NCBI GenBank assembly: GCA_965235115.1
Contig: OZ249436.1
Coordinates: 49,974,001-50,038,000 of the forward strand
DNA from: Laetmonice hystrix
Lineage: Eukaryota
Direction of reading: 5' to 3'
Length of the DNA: 64,000 bases
The position numbers and the translations under genes are program-made. This document shows, in pieces, positions 1-12,000 of this stretch; position 1 is the stretch's first letter; each line of letters starts with the position of its first letter. The notes beneath the pieces were generated by a model that made no database searches, was not told the DNA's origin, and was given only the letters and a program-made list of their open reading frames with translations.

Positions 1-3000
1 CCTATAATACTGGCTACTCTTCTATACAAGCAAACGGTACAGGGAGGCCAAACAGTACAGGGAGGAATCGATACAAGGTATACTGGCTGGCCGAGCACCC
101 AAGCGAACACTACAGTGAGGCCAATGAGTACAGTGAGGCCAAACAGTACACTGGGGGCCAAGCAGTGTGGGATGCCAACTAGTAGAGTCAGAAGTCCCTA
201 TACATCTTACAGGCTGGCCTATAGTAGCCATGCAAACACTACAGTGAGGTAGTGGAAATGAAAGGTACAGGCGAGGAGCTTCTAATATTAAAATCTGGAG
301 AAGATACTCAAATGGGAAGTGTACACATCACAACCATATATCTATAGCGAACGTACGAGACCTATAGGTTTGACAGTTATACATCTGGCCTAAGAATCAT
401 AATTTTGGTTGGCGTAGTTTCAATTTGACGTATCAAAAATGTAGCCATTTTTCGCTTATCATTGCTTTAACCTGTCTCTCGCCTGCCTGCCAGCCCTGGC
501 CGGTGTAGGTGGTGATTCCACCGCTGGCCGGAAGGCGGCAGTGCAGTCAGCGCCGCCGCCGCGCTTCAGTGGAGCTGCGCTGCACCCTGGTGTTTTCTGC
601 CTGCAACGTCTCCGTGTAATCTTTCTTTCTTTGATTGTTTGTTATTTTGGGGATGACATATCTGTTATAGAAAAGGCGTACAACATCATTTGCCATTGTT
701 AACTAAACCTTTACGGCAAATAGTCATTGGGACGACCTGACAACGTTGTCGGACGCTTACAGATGGCCTGTAGGGGACACAGATTAGATGGCAGTAGATG
801 ATAGACGAAACGTATGACCTGCCTCCTGGACAATAAAGGCATGGAAACGTGAAACATGAGGCGTCCCTATAATACTGGCTACTCTTCTATACAAGCAAAC
901 GGTACAGGGAGGCCAAACAGTACAGGGAGGAATCGATACAAGGTATACTGGCTGACCGAGCACCCAAGCGAACACTACAGTGAGGCCAAAGAGTACAGTG
1001 AGGCCAAACAGTAGGTACACTGCGGGGCCAAGCAGTGTGGGATGCCAACCAGTAGAGTGAGAAGTCCCTATACATCTTACCGGCTGGCCTATAGTAGCCA
1101 TGCAAACACTACAGTGAGGTAGTGGAAATGAAAGGTACAGGCGAGGAGCTTCTAATATTAAAATCTGGAGAAGATACTCAAATGGGAAGTGTACACATCA
1201 CAACCATATAGACTATCTATAGCGAACGTACGAGACCTATAGGTTTGACAGTTATACATCTGGCCTAAGAATCATAATTTTGGGGGGCGTAGTTTCAATT
1301 TGACGTATCAAAAATGTAGCCATTTTTCGTTTATCATTGCTTTAACCTGTCTCTCGCCTGCCTGCCAGCCCTGTCCGGTGTACGTGGTGATTCCACCGCT
1401 GGCCGGAAGGCGGCAGTGCAGTCAGCGCCGCCGCCGCGCTTCAGTGGAACTGCGCTGCACCCTGGTGTTTTCTGCCTGCAACGTCTCCGTGTAATCTTTC
1501 TTTCTTTGATTGTTTGTTATTTTGGGGATGACATATCTGTTATAGAAAAGGCGTACAACATCATTTGCCATTGTTAACTAAACCTTTACGGCAAATAGTC
1601 ATTGGGACGACCTGACAACGTTGTCGGACGCTTACAGATGGCCTGTAGGGGACACAGATTAGATGGCAGTAGATGATAGACGAAACGTATGACCTGCCTC
1701 CTGGACAATAAAGGCATGGAAACGTGAAACATGAGGCGTCCCTATAATACTGGCTACTCTTCTATACAAGCAAACGGTACAGGGAGGCCAAACAGTACAG
1801 GGAGGAATCGATACAAGGTATACTGGCTGACCGAGCACCCAAGCGAACACTACAGTGAGGCCAAAGAGTACAGTGAGGCCAAACAGTACACTGGGGGCCA
1901 AGCAGTGTGGGATGCCAACTAGTAGAGTCAGAAGTCCCTATACATCTTACCGGCTGGCCTATAGTAGCCATGCAAACACTACAGTGAGGTAGTGGAAAGG
2001 AAAGGTACAGGCGAGGAGCTTCTAATATTAAAATCTGGAGAAGATACTCAAATGGGAAGTGTACACATCACAACCATATATCTAAAGCGAACGTACGAGA
2101 CCTATAGGTTTGACAGTTATACATCTGGCCTAAGAATCATAATTTTTTTTTTTTGGGGGGGGGGCGTAGTTTCAATTTGACGTATCAAAAATGTAGCCAT
2201 TTTTCGCTTATCATTGCTTTAACCTGTCTCTCGCCTGCCTGCCAGCCCTGGCCGGTGTACGTGGTGATTCCACCGCTGGCCGGAAGGCGGCAGTGCAGTC
2301 AGCGCCGCCGCCGCGCTTCAGTGGAGCTGCGCTGCACCCTGGTGTTTTCTGCCTGCAACATCTCCGTGTAATCTTTGTTTGTTTGTTTGTTATTTTGGGG
2401 ATGACATATCTGTTATAGAGAAAGCGTACAACGTCATTTGCCATTGTTAACTTAACCTTTACGGCAAACAGTCATTGGGACGACCTGACAACGTTGTCGG
2501 ACGCTTACAGATGGCCTGTAGGGGACACAGATTAGATGGCAGTAGATGATAGACGAAACGTATGACCTGCCTCCTGGACAATAAAGGCATGGAAACGTGA
2601 AACATGAGGCGTCCCTATAATACTGGCTACTCTTCTATACAAGCAAACGGTACAGGGAGGCCAAACAGTACAGGGAGGAATCGATACAAGGTATACTGGC
2701 TGGCCGAGCACCTAAGCGAACACTACAGTGAGGCCAAAGAGTACAGTGAGGCCAAACAGTAGGTACACTGCGGGGCCAAGCAGTGTGGGATGCCAACCAG
2801 TAGAGTGAGAAGTCCCTATACATCTTACCGGCTGGCCTATAGTAGCCATGCAAACACTACAGTGAGGTAGTGGAAATGAAAGGTACAGGCGAGGAGCTTC
2901 TAATATTAAAATCTGGAGAAGATACTCAAATGGGAAGTGTACACATCACAACCATATAGACTATCTATAGCGAACGTACGAGACCTATAGGTTTGACAGT

Positions 3001-6000
3001 TATACAATTGGCCTAAGAATCATAATTTTGGGGGGCGTAGTTTCAATTTGACGTATCAAAAATGTAGCCATTTTTCGTTTATCATTGCTTTAACCTGTCT
3101 CTCGCCTGCCTGCCAGCCCTGGCCGGTGTACGTGGTGATTCCACCGCTGGCCGGAAGGCGGCAGTGCAGTCAGCGCCGCCGCCGCGCTTCAGTGGAGCTG
3201 CGCTGCACCCTGGTGTTTTCTGCCTGCAACGTCTCCGTGTAATCTTTCTTTCTTTGATTGTTTGTTATTTTGGGGATGACATATCTGTTATAGAAAAGGC
3301 GTACAACATCATTTGCCATTGTTACCTAATCATTTACGCCAAATAGTCATTGGGACGACCTGACAACGTTGTCGGACGCTTACAGATGGCCTGTAGGGGA
3401 CACAGATTAGATGGCAGTAGATGATAGACGAAACGTATGACCTGCCTCCTGGACAATAAAGGCATGGAAACGTGAAACATGAGGCGTCCCTATAATACTG
3501 GCTACTCTTCTATACAAGCAAACGGTACAGGGAGGCCAAACAGTACAGGGAGGAATCGATACAAGGTATACTGGCTGGCCGAGCACCCAAGCGAACACTA
3601 CAGTGAGGCCAAAGAGTACAGTGAGGCCAAACAGTACACTGGGGGCCAAGCAGTGTGGGATGCCAACTAGTAGAGTCAGAAGTCCCTATACATCTTACCG
3701 GCTGGCCTATAGTAGCCATGCAAACACTACAGTGAGGTAATGGAAATGAAAGGTACAGGCGAGGAGCTTCTAATATTAAAATCTGGAGAAGATACTCAAA
3801 TGGGAAGTGTACACATCACAACCATATATCTATAGCGAATGTACGAGACCTATAGGTTTGACAGTTATACATCTGGCCTAAGAATCATAATTTTTGGGGG
3901 CGTAGTTTCAATTTGACGTATCAAAAATGTAGCCATTTTTCGCTTATCATTGCTTTAACCTGTCTCTCGCCTGCCTGCCAGCCCTGGCCGGTGTACGTGG
4001 TGATTCCACCGCTGGCCGGAAGGCGGCAGTGCAGTCAGCGCCGCCGCCGCGCTTCAGTGGAGCTGCACTGCACCCTGGTGTTTTCTGCCTGCAACATCTC
4101 CGTGTAATCTTTGTTTGTTTGTTTGTTTGTTATTTTTGGGATGACATATCTGTTATAGAGAAAGCGTACAACGTCATTTGCCATTGTTAACTAAACCTTT
4201 ACGGCAAACAGTCATTGGGACGACCTGACAACGTTGTCGGACGCTTACAGATGGCCTGTAGGGGACACAGATTAGATGGCAGTAGATGATAGACGAAACG
4301 TATGACCTGCCTCCTGGACAATAAAGGCATGGAAACGTGAAACATGAGGCGTCCCTATAATACTGGCTACTCTTCTATACAAGCAAACGGTACAGGGAGG
4401 CCAAACAGTACAGGGAGGAATCGATACAAGGTATACTGGCTGGCCGAGCACCCAAGCGAACACTACAGTGAGGCCAATGAGTACAGTGAGGCCAAACAGT
4501 ACACTGGGGGCCAAGCAGTGTGGGATGCCAACTAGTAGAGTCAGAAGTCCCTATACATCTTACAGGCTGGCCTATAGTAGCCATGCAAACACTACAGTGA
4601 GGTAGTGGAAATGAAAGGTACAGGCGAGGAGCTTCTAATATTAAAATCTGGAGAAGATACTCAAATGGGAAGTGTACACATCACAACCATATATCTATAG
4701 CGAACGTACGAGACCTATAGGTTTGACAGTTATACATCTGGCCTAAGAATCATAATTTTGGTTGGCGTAGTTTCAATTTGACGTATCAAAAATGTAGCCA
4801 TTTTTCGCTTATCATTGCTTTAACCTGTCTCTCGCCTGCCTGCCAGCCCTGGCCGGTGTAGGTGGTGATTCCACCGCTGGCCGGAAGGCGGCAGTGCAGT
4901 CAGCGCCGCCGCCGCGCTTCAGTGGAGCTGCGCTGCACCCTGGTGTTTTCTGCCTGCAACGTCTCCGTGTAATCTTTCTTTCTTTGATTGTTTGTTATTT
5001 TGGGGATGACATATCTGTTATAGAAAAGGCGTACAACATCATTTGCCATTGTTAACTAAACCTTTACGGCAAATAGTCATTGGGACGACCTGACAACGTT
5101 GTCGGACGCTTACAGATGGCCTGTAGGGGACACAGATTAGATGGCAGTAGATGATAGACGAAACGTATGACCTGCCTCCTGGACAATAAAGGCATGGAAA
5201 CGGGAAACATGAGGCGTCCCTATAATACTGGCTACTCTTCTATACAAGCAAACGGTACAGGGAGGCCAAACAGTACAGGGAGGAATCGATACAAGGTATA
5301 CTGGCTGACCGAGCACCCAAGCGAACACTACAGTGAGGCCAAAGAGTACAGTGAGGCCAAACAGTAGGTACACTGCGGGGCCAAGCAGTGTGGGATGCCA
5401 ACCAGTAGAGTGAGAAGTCCCTATACATCTTACCGGCTGGCCTATAGTAGCCATGCAAACACTACAGTGAGGTAGTGGAAATGAAAGGTACAGGCGAGGA
5501 GCTTCTAATATTAAAATCTGGAGAAGATACTCAAATGGGAAGTGTACACATCACAACCATATAGACTATCTATAGCGAACGTACGAGACCTATAGGTTTG
5601 ACAGTTATACATCTGGCCTAAGAATCATAATTTTGGGGGGCGTAGTTTCAATTTGACGTATCAAAAATGTAGCCATTTTTCGTTTATCATTGCTTTAACC
5701 TGTCTCTCGCCTGCCTGCCAGCCCTGTCCGGTGTACGTGGTGATTCCACCGCTGGCCGGAAGGCGGCAGTGCAATCAGCGCCGCCGCCGCGCTTCAGTGG
5801 AACTGCGCTGCACCCTGGTGTTTTCTGCCTGCAACGTCTCCGTGTAATCTTTCTTTCTTTGATTGTTTGTTATTTTGGGGATGACATATCTGTTATAGAA
5901 AAGGCGTACAACATCATTTGCCATTGTTAACTAAACCTTTACGGCAAATAGTCATTGGGACGACCTGACAACGTTGTCGGACGCTTACAGATGGCCTGTA

Positions 6001-9000
6001 GGGGACACAGATTAGATGGCAGTAGATGATAGACGAAACGTATGACCTGCCTCCTGGACAATAAAGGCATGGAAACGTGAAACATGAGGCGTCCCTATAA
6101 TACTGGCTACTCTTCTATACAAGCAAACGGTACAGGGAGGCCAAACAGTACAGGGAGGAATCGATACAAGGTATACTGGCTGACCGAGCACCCAAGCGAA
6201 CACTACAGTGAGGCCAAAGAGTACAGTGAGGCCAAACAGTACACTGGGGGCCAAGCAGTGTGGGATGCCAACTAGTAGAGTCAGAAGTCCCTATACATCT
6301 TACCGGCTGGCCTATAGTAGCCATGCAAACACTACAGTGAGGTAGTGGAAAGGAAAGGTACAGGCGAGGAGCTTCTAATATTAAAATCTGGAGAAGATAC
6401 TCAAATGGGAAGTGTACACTTCACAACCATATATCTAAAGCGAACGTACGAGACCTATAGGTTTGACAGTTATACATCTGGCCTAAGAATCATAATTTTT
6501 TTTTTGGGGGGGGGCGTAGTTTCAATTTGACGTATCAAAAATGTAGCCATTTTTCGCTTATCATTGCTTTAACCTGTCTCTCGCCTGCCTGCCAGCCCTG
6601 GCCGGTGTACGTGGTGATTCCACCGCTGGCCGGAAGGCGGCAGTGCAGTCAGCGCCGCCGCCGCGCTTCAGTGGAGCTGCGCTGCACCCTGGTGTTTTCT
6701 GCCTGCAACATCTCCGTGTAATCTTTGTTTGTTTGTTTGTTATTTTGGGGATGACATATCTGTTATAGAGAAAGCGTACAACGTCATTTGCCATTGTTAA
6801 CTTAACCTTTACGGCAAACAGTCATTGGGACGACCTGACAACGTTGTCGGACGCTTACAGATGGCCTGTAGGGGACACAGATTAGATGGCAGTAGATGAT
6901 AGACGAAACGTATGACCTGCCTCCTGGACAATAAAGGCATGGAAACGTGAAACATGAGGCGTCCCTATAATACTGGCTACTCTTCTATACAAGCAAACGG
7001 TACAGGGAGGCCAAACAGTACAGGGAGGAATCGATACAAGGTATACTGGCTGGCCGAGCACCTAAGCGAACACTACAGTGAGGCCAAAGAGTACAGTGAG
7101 GCCAAACAGTAGGTACACTGCGGGGCCAAGCAGTGTGGGATGCCAACCAGTAGAGTGAGAAGTCCCTATACATCTTACCGGCTGGCCTATAGTAGCCATG
7201 CAAACACTACAGTGAGGTAGTGGAAATGAAAGGTACAGGCGAGGAGCTTCTAATATTAAAATCTGGAGAAGATACTCAAATGGGAAGTGTACACATCACA
7301 ACCATATAGACTATCTATAGCGAACGTACGAGACCTATAGGTTTGACAGTTATACATCTGGCCTAAGAATCATAATTTTGGGGGGCGTAGTTTCAATTTG
7401 ACGTATCAAAAATGTAGCCATTTTTCGTTTATCATTGCTTTAACCTGTCTCTCGCCTGCCTGCCAGCCCTGGCCGGTGTACGTGGTGATTCCACCGCTGG
7501 CCGGAAGGCGGCAGTGCAGTCAGCGCCGCCGCCGCGCTTCAGTGGAGCTGCGCTGCACCCTGGTGTTTTCTGCCTGCAACGTCTCCGTGTAATCTTTCTT
7601 TCTTTGATTGTTTGTTATTTTGGGGATGACATATCTGTTATAGAAAAGGCGTACAACATCATTTGCCATTGTTACCTAATCATTTACGCCAAATAGTCAT
7701 TGGGACGACCTGACAACGTTGTCGGACGCTTACAGATGGCCTGTAGGGGACACAGATTAGATGGCAGTAGATGATAGACGAAACGTATGACCTGCCTCCT
7801 GGACAATAAAGGCATGGAAACGTGAAACATGAGGCGTCCCTATAATACTGGCTACTCTTCTATACAAGCAAACGGTACAGGGAGGCCAAACAGTACAGGG
7901 AGGAATCGATACAAGGTATACTGGCTGGCCGAGCACCCAAGCGAACACTACAGTGAGGCCAATGAGTACAGTGAGGCCAAACAGTACACTGGGGGCCAAG
8001 CAGTGTGGGATGCCAACTAGTAGAGTCAGAAGTCCCTATACATCTTACCGGCTGGCCTATAGTAGCCATGCAAACACTACAGTGAGGTAGTGGAAATGAA
8101 AGGTACAGGCGAGGAGCTTCTAATATTAAAATCTGGAGAAGATACTCAAATGGGAAGTGTACACATCACAACCATATATCTATAGCGAACGTACGAGACC
8201 TATAGGTTTGACAGTTATACATCTGGCCTAAGAATCATAATTTTTGGGGGCGTAGTTTCAATTTGACGTATCAAAAATGTAGCCATTTTTCGCTTATCAT
8301 TGCTTTAACCTGTCTCTCGCCTGCCTGCCAGCCCTGGCCGGTGTACGTGGTGATTCCACCGCTGGCCGGAAGGCGGCAGTGCAGTCAGCGCCGCCGCCGC
8401 GCTTCAGTGGAGCTGCACTGCACCCTGGTGTTTTCTGCCTGCAACATCTCCGTGTAATCTTTGTTTGTTTTTTTGTTTGTTATTTTGGGGATGACATATC
8501 TGTTATAGAGAAAGCGTACAACGTCATTTGCCATTGTTAACTAAACCTTTACGGCAAACAGTCATTGGGACGACCTGACAACGTTGTCGGACGCTTACAG
8601 ATGGCCTGTAGGGGACACAAATTAGATGGCAGTAGATGATAGACGAAACGTATGACCTGCCTCCTGGACAATAAAGGCATGGAAACGTGAAACATGAGGC
8701 GTCCCTATAATACTGGCTACTCTTCTATACAAGCAAACGGTACAGGGAGGCCAAACAGTACAGGGAGGAATCGATACAAGGTATACTGGCTGGCCGAGCA
8801 CCTAAGCGAACACTACAGTGAGGCCAAAGAGTACAGTGAGGCCAAACAGTAGGTACACTGCGGGGCCAAGCAGTGTGGGATGCCAACCAGTAGAGTGAGA
8901 AGTCCCTATACATCTTACCGGCTGGCCTATAGTAGCCATGCAAACACTACAGTGAGGTAGTGGAAATGAAAGGTACAGGCGAGGAGCTTCTAATATTAAA

Positions 9001-12000
9001 ATCTGGAGAAGATACTCAAATGGGAAGTGTACACATCACAACCATATAGACTATCTATAGCGAACGTACGAGACCTATAGGTTTGACAGTTATACATCTG
9101 GCCTAAGAATCATAATTTTGGGGGGCGTAGTTTCAATTTGACGTATCAAAAATGTAGCCATTTTTCGTTTATCATTGCTTTAACCTGTCTCTCGCCTGCC
9201 TGCCAGCCCTGGCCGGTGTACGTGGTGATTCCACCGCTGGCCGGAAGGCGGCAGTGCAGTCAGCGCCGCCGCCGCGCTTCAGTGGAGCTGCGCTGCACCC
9301 TGGTGTTTTCTGCCTGCAACGTCTCCGTGTAATCTTTCTTTCTTTGATTGTTTGTTATTTTGGGGATGACATATCTGTTATAGAAAAGGCGTACAACATC
9401 ATTTGCCATTGTTACCTAATCCTTTACGCCAAATAGTCATTGGGACGACCTGACAACGTTGTCGGACGCTTACAGATGGCCTGTAGGGGACACAGATTAG
9501 ATGGCAGTAGATGATAGACGAAACGTATGACCTGCCTCCTGGACAATAAAGGCATGGAAACGTGAAACATGAGGCGTCCCTATAATACTGGCTACTCTTC
9601 TATACAAGCAAACGGTACAGGGAGGCCAAACAGTACAGGGAGGAATCGATACAAGGTATACTGGCTGGCCGAGCACCCAAGCGAACACTACAGTGAGGCC
9701 AAAGAGTACAGTGAGGCCAAACAGTACACTGGGGGCCAAGCAGTGTGGGATGCCAACTAGTAGAGTCAGAAGTCCCTATACATCTTACCGGCTGGCCTAT
9801 AGTAGCCATGCAAACACTACAGTGAGGTAGTGGAAATGAAAGGTACAGGCGAGGAGCTTCTAATATTAAAATCTGGAGAAGATACTCAAATGGGAAGTGT
9901 ACACATCACAACCATATATCTATAGCGAACGTACGAGACCTATAGGTTTGACAGTTATACATCTGGCCTAAGAATCATAATTTTGGGGGGCGTAGTTTCA
10001 ATTTGACGTATCAAAAATGTAGCCATTTTTCGCTTATCATTGCTTCAACCTGTCTCTCGCCTGCCTGCCAGCCCTGGCCGGTGTACGTGGTGATTCCACC
10101 GCTGGCCGGAAGGCGGCAGTGCAGTCAGCGCCGCCGCCGCGCTTCAGTGGAGCTGCGCTGCACCCTGGTGTTTTCTGCCTGCAACGTCTCCGTGTAATCT
10201 TTCTTTCTTTGATTGTTTGTTATTTTGGGGATGACATATCTGTTATAGAAAAGGCGTACAACATCATTTGCCATTGTTACCTAATCCTTTACGCCAAATA
10301 GTCATTGGGACGACCTGACAACGTTGTCGGACGCTTACAGATGGCCTGTAGGGGACACAGATTAGATGGCAGTAGATGATAGACGAAACGTATGACCTGC
10401 CTCCTGGACAATAAAGGCATGGAAACGTGAAACATGAGGCGTCCCTATAATACTGGCTACTCTTCTATACAAGCAAACGGTACAGGGAGGCCAAACAGTA
10501 CAGGGAGGAATCGATACAAGGTATACTGGCTGGCCGAGCACCCAAGCGAACACTACAGTGAGGCCAATGAGTACAGTGAGGCCAAACAGTACACTGGGGG
10601 CCAAGCAGTGTGGGATGCCAACTAGTAGAGTCAGAAGTCCCTATACATCTTACCGGCTGGCCTATAGTAGCCATGCAAACACTACAGTGAGGTAGTGGAA
10701 ATGAAAGGTACAGGCGAGGAGCTTCTAATATTAAAATCTGGAGAAGATACTCAAATGGGAAGTGTACACATCACAACCATATATCTATAGCGAACGTACG
10801 AGACCTATAGGTTTGACAGTTATACATCTGGCCTAAGAATCATAATTTTTGGGGGCGTAGTTTCAATTTGACGTATCAAAAATGTAGCCATTTTTCGCTT
10901 ATCATTGCTTTAACCTGTCTCTCGCCTGCCTGCCAGCCCTGGCCGGTGTACGTGGTGATTCCACCGCTGGCCGGAAGGCGGCAGTGCAGTCAGCGCCGCC
11001 GCCGCGCTTCAGTGGAGCTGCACTGCACCCTGGTGTTTTCTGCCTGCAACATCTCCGTGTAATCTTTGTTTGTTTGTTTGTTTGTTATTTTGGGGATGAC
11101 ATATCTGTTATAGAGAAAGCGTACAACGTCATTTGCCATTGTTAACTAAACCTTTACGGCAAACAGTCATTGGGACGACCTGACAACGTTGTCGGACGCT
11201 TACAGATGGCCTGTAGGGGACACAGATTAGATGGCAGTAGATGATAGACGAAACGTATGACCTGCCTCCTGGACAATAAAGGCATGGAAACGTGAAACAT
11301 GAGGCGTCCCTATAATACTGGCTACTCTTCTATACAAGCAAACGGTACAGGGAGGCCAAACAGTACAGGGAGGAATCGATACAAGGTATACTGGCTGGCC
11401 GAGCACCTAAGCGAACACTACAGTGAGGCCAAAGAGTACAGTGAGGCCAAACAGTAGGTACACTGCGGGGCCAAGCAGTGTGGGATGCCAACCAGTAGAG
11501 TGAGAAGTCCCTATACATCTTACCGGCTGGCCTATAGTAGCCATGCAAACACTACAGTGAGGTAGTGGAAATGAAAGGTACAGGCGAGGAGCTTCTAATA
11601 TTAAAATCTGGAGAAGATACTCAAATGGGAAGTGTACACATCACAACCATATAGACTATCTATAGCGAACGTACGAGACCTATAGGTTTGACAGTTATAC
11701 ATCTGGCCTAAGAATCATAATTTTGGGGGGCGTAGTTTCAATTTGACGTATCAAAAATGTAGCCATTTTTCGTTTATCATTGCTTTAACCTGTCTCTCGC
11801 CTGCCTGCCAGCCCTGGCCGGTGTACGTGGTGATTCCACCGCTGGCCGGAAGGCGGCAGTGCAGTCAGCGCCGCCGCCGCGCTTCAGTGGAGCTGCGCTG
11901 CACCCTGGTGTTTTCTGCCTGCAACGTCTCCGTGTAATCTTTCTTTCTTTGATTGTTTGTTATTTTGGGGATGACATATCTGTTATAGAAAAGGCGTACA

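Noticed and set aside
498..560. HDV-like ribozyme (GGCCGGT...GCTGGCC-GG)
   Set aside because: A P1-like stem and GG are present, but there is no proper L3 (YCC at the loop start), catalytic C-containing J4/2, or P2 partner.
790..823. Hammerhead-like GGCAG-TAGATGA-TAGAC-GAAACGTA-TGACCTGCC in each monomer
   Set aside because: The core is UAGAUGA rather than CUGANGA, there is no stem II, and stem I is not adjacent to the cleavage triplet; at best a remote relic.
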